Shown in pieces: positions 45,620-54,834 of a stretch of 64,000 bases of DNA. Below the pieces are notes generated by a model. The model searched no databases and was not told the DNA's origin. It saw only the letters and a list, made by a program, of their open reading frames with translations. Positions within the stretch are counted from its first letter, which is position 1. Each line of letters begins with the position of its first letter. A program made the translations under genes and the position numbers. Origin of the DNA: an uncultured Gammaproteobacteria bacterium (GTDB lineage: Bacteria > Patescibacteriota > Patescibacteriia > UBA11705 > DATKZF01); contig CAYPKD010000002.1 of the NCBI GenBank assembly GCA_964411255.1, forward strand, positions 98,141-162,140, read 5' to 3'.

Positions 45620-47086
45620 ATGAAAATAGCGTTGATTGAAGCTGGGTCGCCTGGCTTTCATGTGTTTAAAAAATTTGTTTTGCCAAGGCTTGGATTGCCA
45701 ATACTTGGAGCAATACTTCGTGATTTAAAACATGATGTGAAAATATTTTGTGAAGACTTATCAGGAATTGACTGGGGTTATGTGAGACAAGCTGATCTTG
45801 TCGGTATTTCTACAATTACCTGTACAGCTGAAAGAGCTTTTGATATTGTGAGAAAGATTAAAAAGCTTTGGCCCAAAAAGACCGTTATTATGGGTGGGCC
45901 GCATGTAACATTTTTACCAAAAGAAGCTTTGGATAAAGGTGTCGATTTTGTTGTTCGCGGAGAGGGAGAGCGAACAATGGTTGAAATTATAGACTGGATG
46001 AATGATTCAGGAAGCTTGGATAAAATTTTAGGGCTGTCTTATGAAGTAGCAGGTAAGCCTATCCATAATCCGGATCGTCCTAAAGATAAGGCTGTATTTG
46101 ATAATATCCCATTTCCTGCATTGGAAATGATTGAAGGCTATGAGAGAATGAGATTTATTCCAATTCAGACTTCACGAGGATGCCAGCATAAATGTGAGTT
46201 TTGTTCAGTAACGCCCATGTTTGGCCGAAAATTACGTTGCGCCACCGTGGTTACAGTTGTGGAAGAGCTAGAACGATTGATAGAGTTGATGCCAGGCAGA
46301 AAAGTTTTTTTCTACGATGACAATCTAGTCAGTAAACCACGCTGGACAAAAGAACTTTTGAGCCTGATGATTGAAAGAAAAGTGGAAGTTGATTGGATGG
46401 CGCAGGTTACTGTCAAAGCGGTTAAGGATACTGAATTAATGGATTTGTTTAAACAAGCCGGGTGTAAGCAGGTTTATGTCGGCCTTGAATCTGTTAATCC
46501 TCAAACGTTAAAAGATTGGAAAAAAAGTCAAACAGTGGAAGAGATGAAAAGAGCAATTCGAATTTTCCATGAATATGGTATTACAGTTCATGGGATGTTT
46601 GTTCTTGGTGGAGATAATGATAATCAGCAGACAGTAAAAGATACGGTAAAATTTGCAATTAAAATGAAAGTTGACACAGTAATGTTTTCAATCTTATGCC
46701 CGCTTCCTGGATCAGCTGTTTACGACAAGCTTGTAAGCGAAGGCAGACTACTTTCCAGATCATGGCGATATTTTGATGCTCATCATGTTGTTTTTCTACC
46801 GGCAAAGATACCAGCCTGGAAGCTTCAAAAAGCAGTAATGCTTCAGGCCATGCCCCGGTTTTATTCTTTAGGCAGAGTGATGAAAAGAGCATTAAAAGCA
46901 ATAACAGCATTTATTTTTTCCCTGTCTTTTAGAAAACAAGCTGGACGGAATCTATTTCTTACAATATACGGGCATATTACAGTAAGGAAATTTAGGAAGC
47001 AAAAAGGAGAGAGAGCGTTTTTTAAGCGGTTAAAAGAATTGCCATCAAGGATACGTAGAGATAAGAGTAAAGAATCTGCAAGCTGA
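45620..47086 (+). CDS. B12-binding-domain radical SAM protein
   Basis: CQHKCEFCSV (CxxxCxxC) radical SAM cluster motif after an N-terminal B12-binding-like domain; 488 aa. Confidence 0.8.
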   Translation: MKIALIEAGSPGFHVFKKFVLPRLGLPILGAILRDLKHDVKIFCEDLSGIDWGYVRQADLVGISTITCTAERAFDIVRKIKKLWPKKTVIMGGPHVTFLPKEALDKGVDFVVRGEGERTMVEIIDWMNDSGSLDKILGLSYEVAGKPIHNPDRPKDKAVFDNIPFPALEMIEGYERMRFIPIQTSRGCQHKCEFCSVTPMFGRKLRCATVVTVVEELERLIELMPGRKVFFYDDNLVSKPRWTKELLSLMIERKVEVDWMAQVTVKAVKDTELMDLFKQAGCKQVYVGLESVNPQTLKDWKKSQTVEEMKRAIRIFHEYGITVHGMFVLGGDNDNQQTVKDTVKFAIKMKVDTVMFSILCPLPGSAVYDKLVSEGRLLSRSWRYFDAHHVVFLPAKIPAWKLQKAVMLQAMPRFYSLGRVMKRALKAITAFIFSLSFRKQAGRNLFLTIYGHITVRKFRKQKGERAFFKRLKELPSRIRRDKSKESAS

Positions 47087-47175
47087 GTACAATGTGCTCA
47101 GCTTTTTTAAAATCTTGCTTTTTTAGTATAGATTGAGTAAAATAAGTAAATATTGAAAGGGGAGGGAAGCAAGCG

Positions 47176-47535
47176 ATGAGGATTTTAATAGCACTATGCA
47201 TCATTTTGACAAGTTTTAGTTCTTTAGCAAATTATCAGGTGTGTCTTGATAAAAAGCAGAAATTTTTTTCAAAAAAAATCGATGAAGCACAGTTGTTAAG
47301 TGATTTAAAATCTTGTTTTATAAATCCATATGTGTCAATGGGAAATCCAGTTACATATAAGACAGGTAAATGTATTTTTGATGATAAAGGCCAGAGATAC
47401 TTGTTAATATCTGCAATTGGAAATTATGAACATATCAGAAAGCAGTTTGAAAGAGAAGTGAATAATGATCTGTGGCTTTATTCTCTAAAAATAGAGAGGA
47501 GAAGAAGGCTAAGGGCAGTGCACTTGCCATTGTAA
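47176..47535 (+). CDS. small secreted hypothetical protein
   Basis: signal peptide MRILIALCIILTSFSSLANY; GGGGAGGG RBS. Confidence 0.5.
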   Translation: MRILIALCIILTSFSSLANYQVCLDKKQKFFSKKIDEAQLLSDLKSCFINPYVSMGNPVTYKTGKCIFDDKGQRYLLISAIGNYEHIRKQFEREVNNDLWLYSLKIERRRRLRAVHLPL

Positions 47536-47653
47536 TAAAGAGTAGGATAAGATCCTGCGCTTGCCCTGAATTGAACGAAGTTTTAGTTCAGGGTTTTTTG
47601 ATTGATTTTTTAAAATAAAATGCTAAAATAAAAAATAGGTAATGGGTAAAAAT

Positions 47654-47814
47654 ATGAGATATAATATTCCAATAGCATTTGCAATAATAGTAGCTATAAC
47701 GCTTGGTGTTTTAATCTTTGGAATTTATAGCACCTATACCATGTTTTCCGCTAATGCTGCTGATGAGGAATTAGATATTGATATTCGTTTGGAAAGATTG
47801 AATAATAAAGATTA
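47654..47814 (+). CDS. possible 53-aa single-TM peptide (MRYNIPIAFAIIVAITLGVLIFGIY...)
   Basis: short ORF below the track cutoff, read manually; weak RBS. Confidence 0.25.
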
Positions 47815-47925
47815 AAATTGAGATATAATCCGAATGCCCCGAATAATTTGACAAGTTTGAGAAAGACAAAGCAAGCTAGAGGGGAGTTAGGATTTATAAT
47901 TTCTTATTCGTGTTTAAAAAAAAGA

Positions 47926-47952
47926 CGCCACAGATATGACTGGGCGGTTTTT
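47926..47952. terminator. probable bidirectional terminator
   Basis: CGCCA...TGGCG hairpin flanked by A8 upstream and T6 downstream. Confidence 0.4.
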
Positions 47953-48155
47953 TATTGATTAACAATAGAATCTTCTGTTATTAGCTCGTCACTGCCTGGA
48001 CATTTTTTGCCATCATACACTGGATCAGCATGCGGAACGACAACATATATTTGTTTCCCCTCATCATCAAATTCATTGTCAATTAATATAGCAGTTACAA
48101 CACTGGTACAAATAGGGCACTCTCCAGATTCTTCTATGTAGCAGACAAAAGCCAT
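47952..48155 (-). CDS. small Cys-rich protein (CxxC...C-PGS), paralogue 4
   Basis: internal Met of the 47952..48182 ORF gives a 67-aa product MAFVCYIEESGECPIC...HADPVYDGKKCPGSDE aligning with the three upstream paralogues. Confidence 0.4.
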   Translation of the reverse strand: MAFVCYIEESGECPICTSVVTAILIDNEFDDEGKQIYVVVPHADPVYDGKKCPGSDELITEDSIVNQ

Positions 48156-48334
48156 CTGGGTGCCACTCCGCTGCCATCGCATGGTTTTTTGCTGTATGGA
48201 TCTTTATGCTTTGTTAGAACATATTCTTTTTGATCTGCAATCTGTCTTGCTTTTGGATCTGGATCAGTAACTCTTTGTATGGGAAAATGTCCATCGCAAA
48301 GATAGCAAACGCCTAACTGTTTTTTCATGCGCAC
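48134..48334 (-). CDS. small Cys-rich protein (CxxC...C-GSG), paralogue 3
   Basis: MRMKKQLGVCYLC...KHKDPYSKKPCDGSG. Confidence 0.5.
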   Translation of the reverse strand: MRMKKQLGVCYLCDGHFPIQRVTDPDPKARQIADQKEYVLTKHKDPYSKKPCDGSGVAPRWLLSAT

Positions 48335-48484
48335 CTCCTTGATTGCAATCTATATGTTTTTATATCAATTTTGATTAATTTTGTCAATAAGATATGTACG
48401 TTATGTTTGCGTTATTTGGACGTTGTTATAAGAAATTAAATAATTCGAAAACCACTGTAGCATTGCTCAGTGGCTTTGTTTGTT

Positions 48485-48682
48485 CTAGAGACCTGGCCTG
48501 ACAGGTTCGTAGTGTTCACGGGGGATATTGCCGCTGCCTTTGCAGCGGTAGCCGGTCTGGCTGAAATGGTTTTTCAGAACCAGATGCGGATCTGGGAGGG
48601 TTTTTTTTCCAGGCGGCTGAGGATCACAGATTTCCAGCTCTACTTCTTTGCCACAAAGGTGGCAGGTTCCCTTGTTTTTCAT
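48485..48682 (-). CDS. small Cys-rich protein (CxxC...C-GSG), paralogue 2
   Basis: MKNKGTCHLCGKE...RCKGSG; followed by a terminator hairpin CCACTG...CAGTGG. Confidence 0.5.
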   Translation of the reverse strand: MKNKGTCHLCGKEVELEICDPQPPGKKTLPDPHLVLKNHFSQTGYRCKGSGNIPREHYEPVRPGL

Positions 48683-48683
48683 T

Positions 48684-48896
48684 TTATTTTCCTTTCACCA
48701 GGATTTGTGGTTCTTGGCCAGATCCTTGGCATTGTACATCTGACCCATTGAATTTGTGAGGAGCCATTATATAGTCCTCACAAGGCTCATGTAGAATTTG
48801 ACAGAGAAAAGGATCTTCTTTTGTGTCAGATGGTTTACAGCTATGAATAACCGGATGAACTGACTGACAATAGCAGCAGACGCCCTTTTTATGCAT
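48684..48896 (-). CDS. small Cys-rich protein (CxxC...C-GSG), paralogue 1
   Basis: MHKKGVCCYCQS...QCQGSG; 1-nt gap to paralogue 2. Confidence 0.5.
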   Translation of the reverse strand: MHKKGVCCYCQSVHPVIHSCKPSDTKEDPFLCQILHEPCEDYIMAPHKFNGSDVQCQGSGQEPQILVKGK

Positions 48897-49018
48897 GTTT
48901 TTCTCCTATATAAGGTTCAAAGTATTATACCATACATTATTCTTTTTGTCAACATTTTCGTGTATTTTTAGGTAAAATTGTGATAAAATATGTATTAGAT
49001 TCATAAATATTAAATAAT

Positions 49019-49618
49019 ATGGACAATTTATATTCACTTCCTGATCTTCCATATGGATATGCAGATCTTGCTCCTCATATTTCTGAAGAGCAATTAACAA
49101 TTCATCATACTAAACATCACCAAGGCTATGTCAATGGAGCAAATACAATTTTTAAAATACTGGATGATGCTCGGAAAAATGGTTCAGAATATGATGTCAA
49201 AGCCACACAAAGGGAATTATCATTTAATGTTGCTGGACATTTGCTTCATGCTCTTTTTTGGACAAAAATAGCTCCAGCAGGCAAAGGTGGCGAACCAGGG
49301 GATATTGGGAAATTATTAGAAAAGGAGTTTGGATCAATTGAGCGATTTAAAGAAGAATTTACTAAAGTTGCAGTTTCTGTGGAAGGCTCTGGCTGGGCAG
49401 TCCTGGCCTATGATCCTTTAGTAAAGAAATTAATGATTATGCAAATTGAAAAGCATAATATGAATCTAGTGCCAAGTTTGCCAGTTTTAATGGCAGTTGA
49501 TGTCTGGGAGCATGCTTATTATTTAGATTATAAAAATGAAAGAGGCAAGTTTGTGGAGGCTTTTTGGAATATAGTGAATTGGAATGGAATCAATGAAAGA
49601 TTTAAAAAATTTCAATAA
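49019..49618 (+). CDS. sodA: Fe/Mn superoxide dismutase
   Basis: [14 protein letters not shown] and [11 protein letters not shown] signatures. Confidence 0.9.
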   Translation: MDNLYSLPDLPYGYADLAPHISEEQLTIHHTKHHQGYVNGANTIFKILDDARKNGSEYDVKATQRELSFNVAGHLLHALFWTKIAPAGKGGEPGDIGKLLEKEFGSIERFKEEFTKVAVSVEGSGWAVLAYDPLVKKLMIMQIEKHNMNLVPSLPVLMAVDVWEHAYYLDYKNERGKFVEAFWNIVNWNGINERFKKFQ

Positions 49619-49638
49619 ATATTACTTGAAATAGATTT

Positions 49639-49673
49639 GCGGCTCTGATAGGATAGTTAGAGCCGCATTTTTA
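49639..49673 (+). terminator. intrinsic terminator after sodA
   Basis: GCGGCTCT-GATAGGATAGTT-AGAGCCGC plus ATTTTTAT. Confidence 0.6.
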
Positions 49674-49684
49674 TCCTGGATTAC

Positions 49685-49783
49685 TCGGGGCAGCAGAGCT
49701 ACCCCTCGACCTTGAATTGCAGGATAAAAATGCGGCACTTCAGCTTTGGACTGCCTGATGCTGAGGGGTAGCTCTGCTGCCCC
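49685..49783. repeat. long GC-rich inverted repeat (22-bp perfect arms, ~54-nt loop) containing the CGGGGCAGC / TACCCCTC motif
   Basis: CGGGGCAGCAGAGCTACCCCTC (49686-49707) and its exact reverse complement at 49762-49783. Confidence 0.8.
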
Positions 49784-49820
49784 GACCAAAACTACAGGCC
49801 AAGGCTGGGAATTTTTTCTT

Positions 49821-50444
49821 ATGCAAAAATTATTAGAACAAATCCAGGAATTAAAAAAATCCCCTGTCAAAAAGCAAATTGATCAGCGGATTTTAGAATT
49901 TAAAAAAGCAGGACAGTCTTCTAATAATACAATATTTAAGGAATTGTGCTTTTGCATTTTGACTGCTAATTCTACTGCTGAGCGTTGTATTGAAGTGTGT
50001 ACTAAAGTAGGTAATGGTTTTTTGAATTTGCCTGAACAAGATTTGCAAAAGCTATTAAAGACCTGCGGCGCCAGATTCCATACCAAACGCGCAAATTATA
50101 TTGCAGAATCTCAAAAGTATAAAAATGAATTGAAAAAATTAATGAAAGAATTGGATGAATTTGAAATGCGCGAATGGTTGATTGAAAATATTAAGGGTTT
50201 GGGATGGAAAGAAGCAAGTCATTTTTTAAGAAATATTGGTTACAAAAATGTGGCCATAATTGATTTTCATATTATTGATTTATTAGAAAAGCAAAAATTA
50301 GCTGTTCGTCCCAAGACTTTAAATAAAAAAACATATTTAGAAATTGAAAATGTTTTAAGAAAAGTAGGAGAGAAGGTCAAATTGAATTTAGCAGAACTTG
50401 ATTTATATTTATGGTATTTGGAGACTGGAACAGTTTTGAAATAA
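49821..50444 (+). CDS. ogg: Ogg2-type (archaeal-type) 8-oxoguanine DNA glycosylase / HhH-GPD N-glycosylase-DNA lyase
   Basis: GWKEASHFLRNIGYKNVAIIDFHI motif typical of Ogg2; start taken at the second Met (MQKLLEQ), downstream of the inverted repeat. Confidence 0.7.
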   Translation: MQKLLEQIQELKKSPVKKQIDQRILEFKKAGQSSNNTIFKELCFCILTANSTAERCIEVCTKVGNGFLNLPEQDLQKLLKTCGARFHTKRANYIAESQKYKNELKKLMKELDEFEMREWLIENIKGLGWKEASHFLRNIGYKNVAIIDFHIIDLLEKQKLAVRPKTLNKKTYLEIENVLRKVGEKVKLNLAELDLYLWYLETGTVLK

Positions 50445-50553
50445 AAAGCAATTTACATATTCAATAAAAAACGCAGATTTATTTAATGCTGCGTTTTTTT
50501 GATATTTGTGATTTTTGAGTAAAAAAAGAAGCCCAGATATGATCCAGGCTTGG

Positions 50554-50796
50554 TTAGACAGATTGCATATTTTTAACATCAAGGTGCACACATACAGGAT
50601 AACCGTCAAAAGGAATTTCCAATAATGCCTGTATGGATTGAAAACTCACACAAGGAATTGAAATAGGTGTTATTCTGGCAATAATTGTTCTGTTTACAAT
50701 TTCAGCATGAAGTTCATATCCCAGGTTAAATGCCTTTTGTGCAAATTTAGTTAAAAAATGTGATAACACATGATCTGTCAGTGTTTGTTTGGCCAT
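50554..50796 (-). CDS. hypothetical 80-aa protein
   Basis: ORF with terminator-like hairpin downstream on minus strand; no motif. Confidence 0.35.
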   Translation of the reverse strand: MAKQTLTDHVLSHFLTKFAQKAFNLGYELHAEIVNRTIIARITPISIPCVSFQSIQALLEIPFDGYPVCVHLDVKNMQSV

Positions 50797-50977
50797 TATT
50801 CCTCCTACACTTCATTTTACACAATTACAAGACAAAAACCAATGGATATGATAAAATGCTATTCTATTGTCATTTGAACATTGTATTCATCCTTATTTTT
50901 AAGGCTTGGCAAATCTAAGGGTGCAGGATATATTGGAATTAATTAGTTATATTAGATATAATTAATATAGTCAATTT

Positions 50978-52108
50978 ATGAAATTTACAGTAAAAAAACA
51001 AGCAAAAAAATCAAAGGCCAGATTAACTGAAATAGAAACTTCAAGAGGTAAAATTGAAGGTCCTTTTTTTATGCCAATTGCTACCAAAGGAGCTGTAAAA
51101 TATTTAACATATCAGGATTTGAAAGCGCTTGAAGCACAAATCATATTATCAAATACATATCATTTGTTATTAAAACCAGGCCAGGAATTAATGGAGAATT
51201 TTGGCGGATTGCATAAAATGATGAATTGGGATAAACCAATTTTAACTGACAGTGGTGGTTTTCAGGTTTTTTCATTAGCAAAGATTAGAAAATTAACAAA
51301 AGACGGAGTAGAATTTGCATCGCATATTGACGGATCAAAAATTATGCTTACTCCGGAAAAATCCATTGAAATGCAAATGACAATTGGTTCTGATATTATG
51401 ATGGTTCTGGATGTGTGCTGTGAGTTGCCGGCGACAAAGTCAAAACTCGAAGAGTCATTGGAGCATACTTATGAATGGGCAAAAAGATGTAAAGAATATT
51501 ACCAAAAAGCTCAGCTGGCTGAAGCCAGGCATAAAACTTCGCTTTTTGGAATCATACAAGGCGGAATCGATAAGGATTTAAGAATGAAAAGTGTTGAACA
51601 AATTACAAGTCTGGATTTTGATGGTTATGCAATCGGCGGCTTATCAGTTGGGGAAAGCGCTGAGGAAATGTATGAAGTTTTGGACTGGGTTTGCCCTGCA
51701 TTGCCAAAAGACAAGCCAAGATATTTAATGGGAGTTGGCCGGCCTGAAAATATTGTTGAAGCTGTAAAGCGCGGAATTGATATGTTTGACTGTGTCATTC
51801 CAACGCGTGAAGCCAGACATGGCAGATTATATGTTGTTGATGAAAATATTAAAATAGAAGATTTGATGGATGAGAAAAAAATAGCAGAAAAAGACTGCTG
51901 CTTTACCATGAATATTAAAAGTGAAGTTTTTAAAGAAAACTTTTCTCCTATAAATGAAAAAAGCAAATTTGAAGTATTAAAAAAATGTTCCAAAGCATAT
52001 TTGCGGCATTTGTTCGTTGTCAATGAGCCTTTGGCGCAAAGACTGGCTACTTTAAATAACTTAGAATTTTATTTAGAATGGATGAAGAATATTCGGAAAT
52101 CAATTTGA
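50978..52108 (+). CDS. tgt: queuine tRNA-ribosyltransferase
   Basis: PIATKGAVK..., DSGGFQV, GGLSVGE Tgt signatures; the usual CxCxxC zinc site reads DCCFTMN...KKCSKAYLRHL with an insertion. Confidence 0.85.
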   Translation: MKFTVKKQAKKSKARLTEIETSRGKIEGPFFMPIATKGAVKYLTYQDLKALEAQIILSNTYHLLLKPGQELMENFGGLHKMMNWDKPILTDSGGFQVFSLAKIRKLTKDGVEFASHIDGSKIMLTPEKSIEMQMTIGSDIMMVLDVCCELPATKSKLEESLEHTYEWAKRCKEYYQKAQLAEARHKTSLFGIIQGGIDKDLRMKSVEQITSLDFDGYAIGGLSVGESAEEMYEVLDWVCPALPKDKPRYLMGVGRPENIVEAVKRGIDMFDCVIPTREARHGRLYVVDENIKIEDLMDEKKIAEKDCCFTMNIKSEVFKENFSPINEKSKFEVLKKCSKAYLRHLFVVNEPLAQRLATLNNLEFYLEWMKNIRKSI

Positions 52109-52227
52109 TTTATGGTCAATGGTTTTTGGGAGCTGGCAGCCAGTATGGTCTTTAGGTTTTGGTCATTGGAGAAATTATTTAATGACTAATGACTTTTGCC
52201 TAAACCGTCAGCCAAGACTAACGACCA

Positions 52228-52923
52228 ATGACTGGTAAAATTATGAGTAAATATTTTGAAGATAAACTTTACGAAATTGAAACAAAATTTTTAGTAAAAG
52301 ATGAAAAAGCTTTGGCTGTTTTGGAATCCTTTAAGAGTATTGCCGGCCTTGAATTAAAAAGTACAAAAGATATTAAAATTCATGATATATATTTTGAAAC
52401 CCCAGACTTTTATTTAATTAAAGAATGGTATGCTTATCGTTTCAGACAAAAAGATGACCAATATCATGTGGCATTTAAGCATAAACTTGGGGTGAGCGGT
52501 GATTCTACGCATGTTGTGGAAGAAGTTGAAGAAAAAATTTCTGAAGATCAAGTCAGTGATTTATTAAATCATAAACTGCAGATAAGGCCCTTTTTAGAGA
52601 CAAAAAAAATTATTGACCCAGAAAAATTGACTGAAAAGATAGAGGTTGACAATTTTAGAAAAATATTTGTATACTGTGATGATAAAGATAATTGCATTGA
52701 ACTGGCTTTTGATAATATTATGTCAAAGGCTAAAGGTATTGAATTAAGAGAAAAAGAGCTTGAAATAGAAGCACAAGGTATTGAAAAAGATGTTTATAAT
52801 AAATTCATTGAACAAATAAAAACAAAAATACCAGGACTTGAACCGACTGAACATGGTAAAATTGAAAGATTAATAATGCATATGGGAGAAAAGGTTAAAG
52901 ATATGAAGTATATGCAACTTTAA
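52228..52923 (+). CDS. CYTH-domain (triphosphate tunnel metalloenzyme) protein
   Basis: YEIETKFLV N-terminal signature (EIExKF) of CYTH/CyaB-ThTPase domains. Confidence 0.65.
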   Translation: MTGKIMSKYFEDKLYEIETKFLVKDEKALAVLESFKSIAGLELKSTKDIKIHDIYFETPDFYLIKEWYAYRFRQKDDQYHVAFKHKLGVSGDSTHVVEEVEEKISEDQVSDLLNHKLQIRPFLETKKIIDPEKLTEKIEVDNFRKIFVYCDDKDNCIELAFDNIMSKAKGIELREKELEIEAQGIEKDVYNKFIEQIKTKIPGLEPTEHGKIERLIMHMGEKVKDMKYMQL

Positions 52924-52941
52924 ATATATCAGGAGGAGAAA

Positions 52942-53130
52942 ATGGAGGAAGTACATGAATTTAGGAGAGGAGAACTTGTTTTAGTTCCAATGTATGGCAA
53001 AAGATCTAAAAATCTTGGAGAATTCAGATGTAGGCGGGGTAATAAGTATATCGTCAAGGTATTAGATGGTATTAATAAAGCATATGTTTTTAATTTGGAA
53101 GAGGTAAAGCCTTATCCAAAAAGCGCGTAA
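52942..53130 (+). CDS. small hypothetical protein (62 aa)
   Basis: GGAGGAG RBS; no motif. Confidence 0.35.
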   Translation: MEEVHEFRRGELVLVPMYGKRSKNLGEFRCRRGNKYIVKVLDGINKAYVFNLEEVKPYPKSA

Positions 53131-53174
53131 ATCAAAACAGAACTGCTTGAGTTCTGTTTTTTTATGCGAAATAT

Positions 53175-53915
53175 TTAAGCTGCTTTTTCTTCTTCAAATA
53201 AAGGTGTTAGTTTCTCTTTTATATTCTTTTTATTTTTGCTTAAAATATCTATAATTGACTGCACTCCATCAACCTGTTCTCCTGATAAGGATATTTGATG
53301 TCGGCTGTGCATATTAAGAAATTTTTTACTATAGGTTAATACTTTATTTATTTGTTCATTTATTTCAGGTGTATCCTCATATTCATCAGGTAGGGCATTG
53401 TATAAATCTTCCACTCTTCGATAAAATCCTTTGGCTCCTTTTTCTTTGTCTTCCTCCATTTCTTTCATCACTTTGCCAATTTTTGCTAAGCCAGACATTC
53501 TTTCAGCCTGCATTTTATGCAAATCCTCAACATCCACTTTAGGACGTCGAATCGGTTCATGCTTAATGCCTTCTTTCTCAAAAAGCATTTTTTCTTTTTC
53601 AGCAACCCACTCATCAATATATGAAGGTCGCCGAGTTTTTGCTTTTAATGCTCTTTCTGAAGAAGATAAAGTACCCTGCATTTCTTTTGCAGTGTCAATC
53701 ATAAGTCCTTCAGCTTTTTGGCTTATGCCCTTAAGTTTTTTTGTTGTGTTTCCATCATATGCTTTTTGGGTGCCTGTTGCTTTAATATCCTCAACTTCTG
53801 TTTCCATTTCTTGAAGTTTAGATAATGCAAGATTTTCAGCTGAGGTCTTTTTCATTTCAGGAGTTTTAATTTGTTCTGCTGATTGCTGAGGTGAATTTTT
53901 TTCTCTCATTGCCAT
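53175..53915 (-). CDS. hypothetical Lys/Glu-rich protein
   Basis: 246-aa ORF, low complexity. Confidence 0.5.
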   Translation of the reverse strand: MAMREKNSPQQSAEQIKTPEMKKTSAENLALSKLQEMETEVEDIKATGTQKAYDGNTTKKLKGISQKAEGLMIDTAKEMQGTLSSSERALKAKTRRPSYIDEWVAEKEKMLFEKEGIKHEPIRRPKVDVEDLHKMQAERMSGLAKIGKVMKEMEEDKEKGAKGFYRRVEDLYNALPDEYEDTPEINEQINKVLTYSKKFLNMHSRHQISLSGEQVDGVQSIIDILSKNKKNIKEKLTPLFEEEKAA

Positions 53916-53919
53916 ATAT

Positions 53920-54150
53920 TTATTGGTTAAGTTCTTTTTCTAGTTTTTTAATCTTCTCTTCATCTCTCTTTTTATTATGTTGTTTTATAATTTCAAGCTG
54001 TTCAATTCGTAATTGGGCAATCTTTTTTTGAAAATTTTTCCAGATTTTTTCAAGCTTTTCAATCTTTTCTTCTTCTGGATCCTTAGGATTTTGTTTAGCC
54101 ATATTTTTTCGAAAAAGTTTATTAAAGAAATTTTTAATTTTGTTCCACAT
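53920..54150 (-). CDS. small coiled-coil protein
   Basis: 76 aa, KIEKLEK heptads. Confidence 0.35.
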   Translation of the reverse strand: MWNKIKNFFNKLFRKNMAKQNPKDPEEEKIEKLEKIWKNFQKKIAQLRIEQLEIIKQHNKKRDEEKIKKLEKELNQ

Positions 54151-54196
54151 ATTGTTTATTTAGAAGGCTTAATAAGGCGTAAGAGGGCCAGCCTTC

Positions 54197-54292
54197 GCAC
54201 TATTATGGTCGGGGCAGCGTCAGCCTTCGTTAAAACTTCGGCTGACAAGGAGTTACCCCTCAGCAATAGTGGCTTCGGCTGGTAAACTTAAG
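54197..54292. repeat. GC-rich imperfect palindromic element containing CGGGGCAGC ... TACCCCTC
   Basis: CCAGCCTTCGCACTATT / AATAGTGGCTTCGGCTGG arms; inner GTCAGCC...GGCTGAC hairpin; same flanking motif as 49686. Confidence 0.6.
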
Positions 54293-54381
54293 AAGGCAGA
54301 GAAGGAAACTATAGTACTTATATTATAACGAAAAACAGCCTTTTTCGCAACGTAACATAAAAATTACTATTTACTTTTTTC

Positions 54382-54729
54382 TTGGTTCTGCTAAAATATA
54401 AGAAACATATGATTCCAGAGCGATGGGAAGAAATTAAAGAGATGGCTCAAAAAAGCTTTGAAATATCTGACTTTGGGAAAGAGCCAATTGAAGATATTCC
54501 AAATGCCAAATTGGAATTTATTGAGTTTGATGGGCCGCTGGGCAAAATGCGTCTGGAATTTTCTACAAAGCCAAAAGTTTTAGATAAAAAAACCCTATAT
54601 TCTGGCAGAGCTGGAAGTGATGTAAAGGTTGATTATGTATATTCTGAAGATGAGCTGGTTTATACCCTAAAAGCGTATAAATGGGATGATGAGCTGGATG
54701 ATTGGGTTGAAGCTGAGTTTAATTTATAA
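54382..54729 (+). CDS. hypothetical protein
   Basis: 115-aa ORF (possible internal start MIPERWEE). Confidence 0.45.
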   Translation: MVLLKYKKHMIPERWEEIKEMAQKSFEISDFGKEPIEDIPNAKLEFIEFDGPLGKMRLEFSTKPKVLDKKTLYSGRAGSDVKVDYVYSEDELVYTLKAYKWDDELDDWVEAEFNL

Positions 54730-54834
54730 ATATAAGTAAGACAAGCAAGAAAGCAAGACTAGCAAGACAAGTTTTCAATAGATTATTTGTTTTACTTATC
54801 TCGCTTGTCTCGCTCGTCTCGCTTTTTAAAAAAT

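Noticed and set aside
47830-47856. Functional promoter at the third CCCCGAAT / TTGACA site
   Set aside because: No acceptable -10 hexamer at 17 nt and no + strand gene downstream; kept only as a motif occurrence
48470-48751. + strand 93-aa ORF opposite the small Cys-rich genes
   Set aside because: Overlaps two tandem minus-strand paralogues whose Cys spacing is conserved four times; the + ORF has no RBS and no conserved features
49622-49870. Minus-strand 82-aa ORF across the sodA-ogg intergenic region
   Set aside because: Consists largely of the 22-bp GC-rich inverted repeat and terminator; palindrome artefact
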